A stretch of 64,000 nucleotides of DNA, taken from positions 18,737 through 82,736 of the forward strand of contig JAOAHJ010000016.1 of assembly GCA_026415295.1 (NCBI GenBank), read 5' to 3'. A program made the position numbers and the translations under genes. How positions within the stretch are numbered: position 1 is the stretch's first letter; each line of letters starts with the position of its first letter. The notes beneath the pieces are model-generated. The model searched no databases and was not told where the DNA came from. It saw only the letters and a program-made list of their open reading frames with translations. This document shows positions 21,492-31,729 of the stretch, piece by piece. The stretch is from Spirochaetota bacterium. Its GTDB lineage: Bacteria; Spirochaetota; JAAYUW01; JAOAHJ01.

Positions 21492-22190
21492 CTAAATTTC
21501 AAATTTATAACCGATTCTAAAAACTGTCTTTATATATTTAGGTTCTTCAGGATCTTTTTCTATAAGTTTTCTTAAACTAACTATATGTGTGTCTATGTTC
21601 CTTGGAGAAATTGAACCATCAGCTTTCCATATAGATTCTATAATTTCTTCTCTTGTTACTGGTTTATTTTTATTTAATATAAGATATTTAAGTATTTCAA
21701 ATTCATAATATGACATTTCAACCTGTTGTCCATCCTTAAATAATACACCTTTTTCAAAATCAAGAGTAAAGTTGTCAAAAGAAAAAGTTTTAATATCTGA
21801 AGAAATTTTTGATGATCTTCGGAGCACAGCTTTTATTCTAGAAAGAAGTTCTCTAATTTGAAAAGGTTTAGTTATATAATCATCTGCTCCCAAATCAAAG
21901 CCTTTTATTTTATCAATTTCTTCACTTTTAGCAGAAAGTATTATAACAGGTAGAAGTTTATCAAATTTTCTTAAACCCTTTAAAAATTCAAATCCATTAA
22001 CTTTTGGCAACATTAAATCAAGAATTATAAGATCAAAATTATTTTCTTTGACCATTTTTAAAGCAACCTCTCCATCTTCTGCTTCCATTACCTCATAACC
22101 TTCATATTCTAAATTGTCTTTCAATAATTCTCTAATATTTGATTCATCTTCAATTATCAATATTTTATTTCCCATGCAAAGCCTCCTCAT
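21492..22190 (-). CDS. OmpR/PhoB-family response regulator
   Basis: Receiver (ILIIEDESNIREL...DLIILDLMLP...K) plus winged helix (RNIDTHIVSLRKLIE...IKTVFRIGYKF). 26-nt overlap with the upstream kinase gene. Confidence 0.85.
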   Translation of the reverse strand: MRRLCMGNKILIIEDESNIRELLKDNLEYEGYEVMEAEDGEVALKMVKENNFDLIILDLMLPKVNGFEFLKGLRKFDKLLPVIILSAKSEEIDKIKGFDLGADDYITKPFQIRELLSRIKAVLRRSSKISSDIKTFSFDNFTLDFEKGVLFKDGQQVEMSYYEFEILKYLILNKNKPVTREEIIESIWKADGSISPRNIDTHIVSLRKLIEKDPEEPKYIKTVFRIGYKFEI

Positions 22191-24132
22191 CTAAATTTTT
22201 TTGAATTTTATTAAAAATTAAAGTGACTTTTGTACCTACCCCCTTTTTTGATTCAATTAGAACTTTTCCTCCATGATATTCAATTATATATTTAATTAAA
22301 GAAAGGCCAAGTCCAGTTCCAGGAATATTAAGAGTGTTTTTACCTCTGTAAAACTTTTCAAAAACTTTTTTCAAATCATCTTCATCTATACCAATACCAT
22401 TATCAATAAATTCACAAACATATTGATTTGATTTTTCATAAATATTTATTTGTATAATTTTTTCTTCTCCTGAATATTTATATGAATTATCCAAAATATT
22501 ATAAACAACTTGTTTTAATAGATCTTCATCTCCCAAAATAATCATATTTTTAAAAGAAAAATCAAGAATAAAATTAACATTTTTTTTACTAATCTTAAAC
22601 AATTCTACAACTTCATCAATAATCAAAATAAAATCAACCTCTTTTAATATAATATACTTTTTGTTTTTTTCATTTTTAGTAAAAGTGAGTAAATTATTAA
22701 TTAAATATAGTAATCTTTGAGATTCATTCTTAATTTTATTCATGTAGCCCATTTTTTTTTCTTCTGATATTTTATCATAGTTTCTTAAAATAGAATCAGT
22801 CACTAATTGTATAGTTGTTATTGGAGTTTTTAATTCATGAGAAACAATAGATATAAATTCTGATTTCATAATATTTAATTCATACTCTTTTAGAAAAAAT
22901 AAAAAAATAACTGAAAAAGAAAAAATCCCAGTGAAAAAAAGCATTATAATTAAAATAAATCCAAAAAAAAACTGTTTTTTAGCTATAAAATTAACCATCT
23001 TAGATTTCTCAATGAATAAATTTAGAAAAATTGGATTATTTTCTTTATAAAAAGGTAAAGAAACTTTATCAAACTCACTAAATCCATCCCTATTTTCTAA
23101 AAAATAATCATTTTCAACCTGAAGATTAAAGTAGAAGAAATTATGGTTTTTATTTTCATTATTTAGTAATAATTTAAAATTTACAATTATTAAAACAAAA
23201 TTTTCCCCAATATAGCTTTTATTCTTCTTAACAAACAAAATATTATTATCTTTAATCATTTGATAATAATTTAGAAAGTAATCTCTTATGCTAAATATGT
23301 TATTTCTCAAATTCGCATTTAAATCACTTAATATTAGTTCATTTTCTTTTTTGCAATACCTGTTATAAAAACTTAATACTTCACTTTTAACCAAATCATC
23401 TGAAACATTAAAATAGTTTTTTATAAAAATTATATTTATTGCAAAATTTTTTTTTAAATTAAAGTCATAAAATACATCAAAAAGTATTGTGTATAAACTC
23501 AATATAACTTCATCATAAACATTTTTCATTAAAATATATTTTATTCCTAAATAAGAAAATTTAATGGCATTTTCATTATTACCCAGTTCAAAGTAAATTT
23601 TAGCAAGATAATAATATGATTTTATTTTTATATAAATTATATCCTTTTCACTATTAATAAGATTTAAAAAATATGAAATAGACAACTCATATAAATTGTT
23701 TTCATAAGCTTTTTGACCTAGTATATATTTTTCAAATTCTATCAATTCCTTCTCTTTTTGATAATATTCATTTATATTCTGCAATAATTTAGAATAATTA
23801 TTTAAAATAATAACAGAATCTATAAAATCAAGTTTTGAAAGTTCATTTATTATAAAATTGTCATAGTATGTATGGTAAAAGGAAAGAGCAATTATTTTAT
23901 TTACATTATTTATTATTGAAATAATTTGATTATATTTTGATATTAATAAACTTTTATAATTAAAATCAATTTCACTTTTTAATACATTTTGTTGAAGCTT
24001 TAATAAATTAAAATAATTAATCATAAATATTATTGAAATAAAAAATGAAAATAATAATATAATTATTAAGATTTTTTTATCTTTTAAATAATTAAAAAGA
24101 TTTTTAATTTTTTCTTTATTAAATATAAGCAT
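22165..24132 (-). CDS. Sensor histidine kinase with TPR-like extracytoplasmic domain
   Basis: TM1, ~330-aa extracytoplasmic region with TPR-like repeats, TM2, H-box SIVSHELKTPITTI, N/G boxes (ILDNSYKYS, GTGLGLSLIKYIIEYHGG). The start codon overlaps the stop of the upstream batE-like gene by 1 nt. Confidence 0.8.
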   Translation of the reverse strand: MLIFNKEKIKNLFNYLKDKKILIIILLFSFFISIIFMINYFNLLKLQQNVLKSEIDFNYKSLLISKYNQIISIINNVNKIIALSFYHTYYDNFIINELSKLDFIDSVIILNNYSKLLQNINEYYQKEKELIEFEKYILGQKAYENNLYELSISYFLNLINSEKDIIYIKIKSYYYLAKIYFELGNNENAIKFSYLGIKYILMKNVYDEVILSLYTILFDVFYDFNLKKNFAINIIFIKNYFNVSDDLVKSEVLSFYNRYCKKENELILSDLNANLRNNIFSIRDYFLNYYQMIKDNNILFVKKNKSYIGENFVLIIVNFKLLLNNENKNHNFFYFNLQVENDYFLENRDGFSEFDKVSLPFYKENNPIFLNLFIEKSKMVNFIAKKQFFFGFILIIMLFFTGIFSFSVIFLFFLKEYELNIMKSEFISIVSHELKTPITTIQLVTDSILRNYDKISEEKKMGYMNKIKNESQRLLYLINNLLTFTKNEKNKKYIILKEVDFILIIDEVVELFKISKKNVNFILDFSFKNMIILGDEDLLKQVVYNILDNSYKYSGEEKIIQINIYEKSNQYVCEFIDNGIGIDEDDLKKVFEKFYRGKNTLNIPGTGLGLSLIKYIIEYHGGKVLIESKKGVGTKVTLIFNKIQKNLDEEALHGK

Positions 24133-24833
24133 TAAAAAACCTTTTCTATATTATTTTTATGTATCCATCCATTTTTACCATAAATAGTAAAAAAATAAAT
24201 GTACTCATCTTTAATATATTTAATTTTAATAATATTCCCTGTTTTTATCTTATCTTTAATAGTACTATTTTCATTTGGGAAATTATAAATAAAAGAATCT
24301 TCAATTACAATAGCTTCATTATAAAATACCTGTGGATAAATTAAAATAACTAAAAATACAAATATTAATAATAAATTAAAAATTAAAAAATAAAACTTTT
24401 CAATTTTTTTTATCCTTTTCCAAAAAATAATAAACAAAAAATATAATATAAAAGTAGTTATAAAAATATATTTAATATTTATCTTATGAAAAAAAAACAA
24501 ATTTAAATAAGTTAATTTAGCTTTTTCTTCAGTAATCAATTTGTTTATCAAATCTTTTATTTCTTTACTATTAGGATTATAAATGATTCCTTTTCTCAAA
24601 GTTTTAAGAACTTCTATGTAGTTATTTTGAGCATAATAAGATTTAGCTGCAATAATAAAAAATTTTTCATTCATTAAAAATTTATATTTATATTCTTCAT
24701 AAAATTTTATTATTTTATCATACTGATTATTATTATAATATTTATATAATGTTTTATTGTTTAACAAATTATTTCTATTAAAATTAAAGAAAGCTAATAA
24801 ACTTAGTATTAATAATTTAATTTTCCAAGCCAT
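24132..24833 (-). CDS. BatE-like TPR / SH3-like membrane protein
   Basis: Signal/TM, TPR-like segment (IAAKSYYAQNNYIEVLKTLRKGIIYNPNS), TM, C-terminal small beta domain. Last gene of the bat-type array. Confidence 0.4.
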   Translation of the reverse strand: MAWKIKLLILSLLAFFNFNRNNLLNNKTLYKYYNNNQYDKIIKFYEEYKYKFLMNEKFFIIAAKSYYAQNNYIEVLKTLRKGIIYNPNSKEIKDLINKLITEEKAKLTYLNLFFFHKINIKYIFITTFILYFLFIIFWKRIKKIEKFYFLIFNLLLIFVFLVILIYPQVFYNEAIVIEDSFIYNFPNENSTIKDKIKTGNIIKIKYIKDEYIYFFTIYGKNGWIHKNNIEKVF

Positions 24834-26461
24834 CTAATTAACCTTTTAATTTTATAAATTTCTGTTCTATTATATTTATAATTTGCTATTCTATACTTCT
24901 TTTTTATTAAATTATTTAGTATATACAATTTATTTATGTCTCTTTTATTAAAGATAAATTTTAAGTTTTCATAGAATATCAAAAAGTTTTTATCTATTAG
25001 ATCAATATTTATATTATATTTATTGATAAGTTTTTCAATAAAATCAAGCCAAATTTTATAATAATTAGTTTCATAACTTTTTTGTTTAAAATTTAAGCTT
25101 TTTTTTAAGACTTTTAATGAATAAATGTCCCTAGATCCTACTAATAGATAAAAAAATAAAATAATATTAAAAATCATAATAAATTTGAAGAATAAAAAAT
25201 CTAATTTAATTGATATATTTCCATCTTTTATTTTATAATAATTTAATTCCGACAAATTTATTATAGAGCTTTCTTTATCTATTTGTTTCTGTGTAATATT
25301 TATCTGTTCACCAACAATTATAAAATTTTTAAATGAATTTTCTTTTATATTAAAATAAGAAAAGTTAATAGAAGGAAGACTATTTATATTTTTATTTTTA
25401 ATTAATATAAAATATTGTAACTCACATGTATTTATAGTTTTATTTTGATTTATTTTTACAATTTCATAATTTGGATTATCTGTTAATAGCTTTGAAAAAT
25501 CTATTATACTATGATTACCTTCTCCTACAAAACTTATATTCAAAATATATGAAACATCATCATAATTATTTAATTTCTCATACCTATAATTAATATTATA
25601 ATTTCCTACTAAATAAATAAAATTCACAGGGACTTCCTGAGGAAATGGAACTATTTTAAATTCTAATCTATCACTTTTTACAACTCTCTCTACTTTTACT
25701 TTTTCTAATCCTTCAAAAGAATTAAAAATAATATTGAATTCAATATCTGGAGTGAAAAAACTACCCTCTTTTTTGGGAATAATTTTTAATTCTGCTATTT
25801 TGTATTTCTTATATGGTTTGTTTAAAAATAACATTTGAACAAGTTGGCCTTCTTTTTTTAAAAATTCATAATAGTAATCTTTAATATCTTTAACTTTAAT
25901 GTTTTTTATGCTATCATATTCATTGGAAGTATAAAGATAAAAATAAATTTTAACCTCCTCTCCTAAATAAAAATAATCTCTTTCCATTTCTGTTCTAATA
26001 AAATCATCAGCTTTATAACTTTCTACATCGCTAATAAATATTGAAAAATCGTTTAATATAATTTGCCCTAAATTTGTATTTAATTTTAAACCTGAAAAAT
26101 CAATTTGACCTTTATTTAATGCCTTAAATTTATATTTAATAATTACTTTATAAAAACTGGTATAAAAAATTCCATTAAAATTATATGAATTTTCCTTTTC
26201 AATTATTGGTTTATTTAAATACAACTTAATTAAATTTGAAATTTGCAAATCAGGATATTTTAAAATCTCTAAATCTATATTTTTTGAAATTAAAATAATT
26301 TTGATTTCAAAATCATCTTCAACTTTAATAATATCAGGTTTTTCAATGTAATAAGAAATTGATGCTGAACTTGAAGAATTTAAAATAAAAAAAAGACAAC
26401 TAATTATTAAAAGGGCAAGATATATAAATAAATTCTTACCAATTTTTTTTAATTTTATCAT
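24809..26461 (-). CDS. BatD-like protein (oxygen-tolerance family), N- and C-terminal TM
   Basis: 550 aa, signal anchor, large beta-rich exodomain, TM near C-terminus followed by a basic tail. Position after batC-like matches the Bacteroides aerotolerance operon order. Confidence 0.4.
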   Translation of the reverse strand: MIKLKKIGKNLFIYLALLIISCLFFILNSSSSASISYYIEKPDIIKVEDDFEIKIILISKNIDLEILKYPDLQISNLIKLYLNKPIIEKENSYNFNGIFYTSFYKVIIKYKFKALNKGQIDFSGLKLNTNLGQIILNDFSIFISDVESYKADDFIRTEMERDYFYLGEEVKIYFYLYTSNEYDSIKNIKVKDIKDYYYEFLKKEGQLVQMLFLNKPYKKYKIAELKIIPKKEGSFFTPDIEFNIIFNSFEGLEKVKVERVVKSDRLEFKIVPFPQEVPVNFIYLVGNYNINYRYEKLNNYDDVSYILNISFVGEGNHSIIDFSKLLTDNPNYEIVKINQNKTINTCELQYFILIKNKNINSLPSINFSYFNIKENSFKNFIIVGEQINITQKQIDKESSIINLSELNYYKIKDGNISIKLDFLFFKFIMIFNIILFFYLLVGSRDIYSLKVLKKSLNFKQKSYETNYYKIWLDFIEKLINKYNINIDLIDKNFLIFYENLKFIFNKRDINKLYILNNLIKKKYRIANYKYNRTEIYKIKRLIRWLGKLNY

Positions 26462-27065
26462 TTGTTTTATTTATCAAATTCTTTTGAAAATTATCAAAAC
26501 CTTCTGACTTAATAAAACTATTAATATTTTTATTTATTTGTTCCAAATAGTTATTTTCATCAAATTTATTCTCTTCTGTTTCTTTCTTTTTACTTAATAA
26601 TATTTCATAATTAATCTTAGCATTTAAATTTTTAGGATTTATTATCAAAATTTTTTTTAAACATTCACATGATTTTTCAATATTTTTTATATTTAAATAA
26701 TACAATGATAAAATAAAAAGTAAATTTTCATCATTCAAATTATCTAAACTATAACCTAATTGTTCAAAAAAGTAATTTTCAAAGCATTTATTTTCATAAG
26801 TTTTTATGTATATATTTAGTAAATCCAAATTTTTATATTTATCAATTTTAATAATGATACAAATTTTTTCATTAAATCTTTGAAGGTATAGATAAGAATT
26901 AATATAATTTTTATTTTTAAAATTAATATAAGAAAAAAATATATCCAGAAAAAAATAAGCTATTAATACAAGAAAAACAAAGTAGATAAAAATCAAATAT
27001 AATACAAAAACTTTTTTAAATGATCTATATTTTTTCATTTTATTAAAATTTTCTAAATTCTTCAT
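26436..27065 (-). CDS. BatC-like TPR protein
   Basis: TM anchor plus TPR-like repeat (LSLYYLNIKNIEKSCECLKKILIINPKNLNAKINYEILL). Located between batB and batD. Confidence 0.4.
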   Translation of the reverse strand: MKNLENFNKMKKYRSFKKVFVLYLIFIYFVFLVLIAYFFLDIFFSYINFKNKNYINSYLYLQRFNEKICIIIKIDKYKNLDLLNIYIKTYENKCFENYFFEQLGYSLDNLNDENLLFILSLYYLNIKNIEKSCECLKKILIINPKNLNAKINYEILLSKKKETEENKFDENNYLEQINKNINSFIKSEGFDNFQKNLINKTNDKIKKNW

Positions 27066-28035
27066 TAATTTTTATTTTTATTAACATTGGCGAGTAAAAT
27101 AGATAATAAAAAATAGTTAGTAAAAAAATAAAAAAAGCAAAAAGCCAGTAAAATTTATAAGTAACAATTATATACTTTTTTGGCATATCTTTAAAGCTAA
27201 AAATACTTTCACAAATTTTATTAAAATTATCAAAATCAACTTTGTCTATATTATAAAAAAAAACATTATTTATATTTCCGAGTTTTTTTACAATCTCTAT
27301 ATTTGCCTTAGTAATAACTACTTCGCCATTTTCATCTTTCAAGAAACCATTTTCAATTGGAATTTTACCACCTTCTATTGTACCAATAATAAAAAAATAG
27401 ATCCTAATCCCTTCACCGGTAATTAATTTTATTAAATTTTTATCTATCTCTTCCCAAAATTCCATATCAGAAAAAATAAGAATATATTTTAATTTACTTG
27501 GTGTTCTTCTTATTAAAGAATATCCCTTGGAAATAGCATTATTTATTAGAGATGTTTGATTTGTTTCTATTCTTAAACCATTTAGAATAAATGAAAAATA
27601 ATCAATATTTGTAGTAAATGGTATTTGTATATAAGGTTCTAAACTAAAAATAATTAATGAAAATCTATTATTTTTACTTTTCTTTATTAAATTATTTGTA
27701 AGGAGAATAGAAGCTCTTAATCTATCAGGATAAATATCCTGAGCTTTCATAGATGTTGAAACATCTATTAAAATTGCTGTATCTATAAATTCATCTTTAA
27801 TCTCAACTTTTCTTTTGCCCCCTTTAAAATCTAGCATTAAAAGTAAAAAGAAAAAATTCATTATAAATAAAATAAAAACTCTAAATAAAAACAATTTATA
27901 CTTATTATAAAAATAAAAATTAAACTCATTAAAATATTTTTCTCTTAATTGTTTTTGTCTTAAAAGTATTAATAAAATCATTATATTATTAATAAAAAAT
28001 ATAAAAATATATATTAGTTTTTTATCCATAAACAT
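27043..28035 (-). CDS. vWA-domain protein BatB-like
   Basis: Two N-terminal TM helices, vWA MIDAS motif AILIDVSTSMKAQD, FSDMEFWEE, C-terminal TM. Confidence 0.65.
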   Translation of the reverse strand: MFMDKKLIYIFIFFINNIMILLILLRQKQLREKYFNEFNFYFYNKYKLFLFRVFILFIMNFFFLLLMLDFKGGKRKVEIKDEFIDTAILIDVSTSMKAQDIYPDRLRASILLTNNLIKKSKNNRFSLIIFSLEPYIQIPFTTNIDYFSFILNGLRIETNQTSLINNAISKGYSLIRRTPSKLKYILIFSDMEFWEEIDKNLIKLITGEGIRIYFFIIGTIEGGKIPIENGFLKDENGEVVITKANIEIVKKLGNINNVFFYNIDKVDFDNFNKICESIFSFKDMPKKYIIVTYKFYWLFAFFIFLLTIFYYLFYSPMLIKIKINEEFRKF

Positions 28036-28043
28036 TATTAAAT

Positions 28044-29027
28044 TTAATATTCAACTTTTTGATAAATTAAAAATAAAAATAAAAAAATGCTAAATAAAAT
28101 ATATGAAATATAAAAATATAATAAATAATTATCTAAATAATAAGTAAATAATTGTACTTGGTAAACAACAGAATTGAGTTTATCAATTTTCTCCAAAGTA
28201 TTTTTCAAACTTAAATTATCAAATGGATTCATTACTATATTACTACCAGTTATTTTAGAGATATTATATAAAAGAGAAAAGTTTATTGGCATATCTATTT
28301 TTTTAATCATTATTTTCCCATCTTTATCTTTAAAAGGAAAAGAAACTTCATTTTGCTTACCTAAAGCAATAGGAAATATTAAAATATTATTTTTTTTTGC
28401 AATAATAGCAGCATCCTCAGGTGATACTAATCCGCTATTATTATTACCATCTGAGAATAAAATAATAACTTTTCCACTTCCTTCAAAATCTTTTATTTGA
28501 TCAATAGCTAACATTATACCATATCCTATGGCTGTTCCATCATCAAGCATCTTAATTTTTATTTGAGATACTCTTTCAATAACAAATTGATTATCAAATG
28601 TTAAAGGTACATAAATAAAAGCATTTTTTGCAAAAATAACTACAGAATAATAATCAAAAGGTCTCTTTTTTATAAAGTCAATTATAAAATTTTTAGCTAT
28701 ATCTAATCTAGATATATCACCAAAATCTAAAGCCATCATAGAGGAAGAAACATCAATACAAAATACTATTGCTTTTCCTTTAGATTCAACAGGAATTGAT
28801 GAAACAGGTTTTTTAGGATTTGATAGTCCTATTATAAGAAATATATTTGATAATATAAAAAATATATAAAAAAAGTAATTACCAAACAAATTATAAAATC
28901 TTTTTTTTTCATTTTTAATATTAATGGTTGTAAAAATACCTTCATAGTTCTTTTCATCTACAAAATAGATTTTTAGAACAATAATTAATGGAATAATTAA
29001 AATAAATACTAATAAATTAATTTTCAT
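28044..29027 (-). CDS. vWA-domain protein BatA-like
   Basis: Two N-terminal TM helices, MIDAS VFCIDVSSSMMALDF, DGTAIGYGIMLA, VIILFSDGNNN, C-terminal TM. Confidence 0.7.
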   Translation of the reverse strand: MKINLLVFILIIPLIIVLKIYFVDEKNYEGIFTTINIKNEKKRFYNLFGNYFFYIFFILSNIFLIIGLSNPKKPVSSIPVESKGKAIVFCIDVSSSMMALDFGDISRLDIAKNFIIDFIKKRPFDYYSVVIFAKNAFIYVPLTFDNQFVIERVSQIKIKMLDDGTAIGYGIMLAIDQIKDFEGSGKVIILFSDGNNNSGLVSPEDAAIIAKKNNILIFPIALGKQNEVSFPFKDKDGKIMIKKIDMPINFSLLYNISKITGSNIVMNPFDNLSLKNTLEKIDKLNSVVYQVQLFTYYLDNYLLYFYISYILFSIFLFLFLIYQKVEY

Positions 29028-29863
29028 CTATCTTCTTTAATATATTTAATTAGTTTATCAATAATTATTTCAATAAATTTAATATTAATTTTCAAATCTT
29101 CATTTGTATATTTGTACTTTAATTTATCCAATTCTAGTTTATCATTATCATTCAATTTAAAATTAATTTTTTTAATATACTCAGAAATATCAAAAATGAC
29201 TTTTTTGGGATTAATATGTAACTCATTTTTTAACTTATTTAAATAGATCAAATTTTCTCTTTTCATTATCAAAGTTTTATATTTATTCTTAATTTTAATA
29301 AAAAAAAGAATTAGAAAATAAGTTGCTAAAAATAAAAAAGACAAAAAAACTAAATAAATTATAAAGTTAAAAAAAGTTGGATTGAAAGTAAAAAATTTAT
29401 TAACCTCATAAAAATTATACTTTTTTTTATTTTCATTATTTATTGATGAAATAAAAATTTTGTTACCAGTTAAATCATATTCTTCAAATGAAAAAATAAA
29501 TTTTACATTTTTTAATTCTATACTTCCAATATTAAAAAATTGAAAGTCAACTTTACAATAATAAGAATAATTTTTATATTCTATTAAAAAGTTTCTTATA
29601 TATATATCACTATTATTTGAAATAATCTCAATAGGTTTTTTATTAAAAACGAAGACAACTGAAACAACATCCCCTATATAATATACCTTATATTTTTCTA
29701 TTATATTTAGAAGTTCAACAGACCTATAAATATCCTCATATAAAAAACTATAACCAAATAAAATATCAATATTAAAAAAGAATAGGTTCAATGTAAAAAA
29801 AAATATAAATAAAACTCTTTTTAATTTTAATAATGCAATTTGGACCATCATTAAAATAACCAT
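29024..29863 (-). CDS. Hypothetical membrane protein in the moxR/bat array
   Basis: Two TM segments, no domain recognised. 4-nt overlap with batA-like gene. Confidence 0.3.
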   Translation of the reverse strand: MVILMMVQIALLKLKRVLFIFFFTLNLFFFNIDILFGYSFLYEDIYRSVELLNIIEKYKVYYIGDVVSVVFVFNKKPIEIISNNSDIYIRNFLIEYKNYSYYCKVDFQFFNIGSIELKNVKFIFSFEEYDLTGNKIFISSINNENKKKYNFYEVNKFFTFNPTFFNFIIYLVFLSFLFLATYFLILFFIKIKNKYKTLIMKRENLIYLNKLKNELHINPKKVIFDISEYIKKINFKLNDNDKLELDKLKYKYTNEDLKINIKFIEIIIDKLIKYIKEDR

Positions 29864-29880
29864 AAATTTTAAAAATATTT

Positions 29881-30714
29881 CTATTTTATCTTTCTCTCAA
29901 AATAGTTTTTTAATACAAAAAAAACATTTTCTTCATTAGAAACATGAAAATAGTATTTAAAATTTTGGGAAAGATTTTTTTGTAAATTATAAAAGTATTC
30001 TTCATAATCAACATTTGAAATTGTATTAAACCCCTCTATTAATTTACAATTTCTTATAATCTTTTTAATTTTAATTTCAAATAAGTCGAAAATTTGAAAT
30101 AAAAAAATATTGTGTTTTTTATCAATAATCTTTAAATTTTCAATCATTTGAATTTGGTTTTCTACAATAAAATCTGAAATAATAAAAATATTTGTCCTTT
30201 TTTTTAATATTTTATATAAATATCTAAGGATATCAACCAAAATAGAATTATTTGAATTTACATAATCAAGACCTAATAAATAGTTATATATTAGATAAAA
30301 ATGCTTTTCTCCTTTTCCAAATGGAAAAAATTTTATTAGTTTATCTGAAAAAATAAGAAATGAAAATTTATCATTGCTTATTAAAGAAATATAAAGTATT
30401 GTTAAAGATATTTTTAAAGCTATATCAAATTTTGATTCATTTTGAGAATTAAAAAACATAGAGGATGAAAAGTCCAGTACAACGAGATTTAGCTCTCCTC
30501 TTTCTTCATCAAAAATTTTTGTATATGGCTTTCCAAATTTAGCCCACAAATTCCAATTAATATTTCTAATTGAATCCCCAAAGAAATAGTCTCTATTTTC
30601 AACAAAATCTACCCCTTCGCCTTTAAATCTAGATTTATAATTCCCAACAAGAAATTTATTTGAAAAAAACTTAATTTTAAAAAATAACTTCTTAAATAAA
30701 ATTTTATCATTCAT
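29881..30714 (-). CDS. DUF58 (vWA-like) protein
   Basis: YFFGDSIRNINWNLWAKFGKPYTKIFDEERGELNLVVLDFSSSM is the DUF58 signature; canonical partner of MoxR. Confidence 0.65.
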   Translation of the reverse strand: MNDKILFKKLFFKIKFFSNKFLVGNYKSRFKGEGVDFVENRDYFFGDSIRNINWNLWAKFGKPYTKIFDEERGELNLVVLDFSSSMFFNSQNESKFDIALKISLTILYISLISNDKFSFLIFSDKLIKFFPFGKGEKHFYLIYNYLLGLDYVNSNNSILVDILRYLYKILKKRTNIFIISDFIVENQIQMIENLKIIDKKHNIFLFQIFDLFEIKIKKIIRNCKLIEGFNTISNVDYEEYFYNLQKNLSQNFKYYFHVSNEENVFFVLKNYFERKIK

Positions 30715-30741
30715 TTTTTTTTATTAATTAATATTTTGTTT

Positions 30742-31716
30742 TTATGGAATAATTCTATTTTCTAAAATCTCAGTTATTATGTAGTCTGTAGTTATATTCT
30801 GTGAAAGGGCTTCATAACTTAATATTATTCTATGCCTTAAAATATCATATGCAATATATTTTATATCTTCAGGTAATACATAGTCCCTACCATTTATTAA
30901 AGCTGTTGTTTTCGCACATTTAACTAAATAAATAGAAGCTCTAGGTGAAGCTCCATATTCTATAAAATTGGAAATATGAGATATCTTATAATCCTTAGGA
31001 TATCTTGATGAAAAAACAATCTCTGTTATATAATGCTTTAATCTATCATCAATATAAACATTATCTTTAGCTCTAATAAGGGATATAATCTCGTTTTTAT
31101 CTAAAATTGGCTTTATGTTTTCTGTAAAATCTGGTTTTTCATTCAATTCTATAATTTTAAGTTCCTCTTCAAAACTAGGATAATTAATGATTAATTTAAA
31201 CATAAATCTATCCAGTTGTGCTTCAGGTAGATTATAAGTCCCTTCATGCTCTATTGGATTTTGAGTAGCTAAAACATAAAATGGTTTTTCTAATTTAAAA
31301 TTTTTACCTCCAAGGTTTACCTCATATTCTGCCATAGCCTGTAATAGAGCAGATTGTACTTTTCCAGGTGCCCTATTTATTTCATCAGCCAATATTATAT
31401 TATTAAAAATAGGTCCAAAAAATGGCTCAAATTTCATTTCTCTTGGATCAAATATCATGGTCCCAATAATATCAGCAGGAAGTAAATCTGGAGTAAACTG
31501 GATTCTTTTAAATTCACAGTTTAATAATTTTGCAAAATTCTTAATAATATAAGTTTTAGCTAAACCTGGCAACCCTTCAATTAAAACATGTCCATCAGCT
31601 AAAATTGAAATCAAAATTTTTTTTACAATATCCTTTTGTCCGATGATAAATTTTTCTGTTTCTTTTAAAATTTTTTCAATAAGCTCAAAAATTCTTTTTT
31701 CTACCCTTTCCACCAT
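30742..31716 (-). CDS. moxR: MoxR-family AAA+ ATPase
   Basis: GHVLIEGLPGLAKT Walker A, ILADEINRAPGKVQSALLQAM Walker B/sensor, 324 aa. Confidence 0.88.
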   Translation of the reverse strand: MVERVEKRIFELIEKILKETEKFIIGQKDIVKKILISILADGHVLIEGLPGLAKTYIIKNFAKLLNCEFKRIQFTPDLLPADIIGTMIFDPREMKFEPFFGPIFNNIILADEINRAPGKVQSALLQAMAEYEVNLGGKNFKLEKPFYVLATQNPIEHEGTYNLPEAQLDRFMFKLIINYPSFEEELKIIELNEKPDFTENIKPILDKNEIISLIRAKDNVYIDDRLKHYITEIVFSSRYPKDYKISHISNFIEYGASPRASIYLVKCAKTTALINGRDYVLPEDIKYIAYDILRHRIILSYEALSQNITTDYIITEILENRIIP

Positions 31717-31729
31717 CCTATCCCACTAA

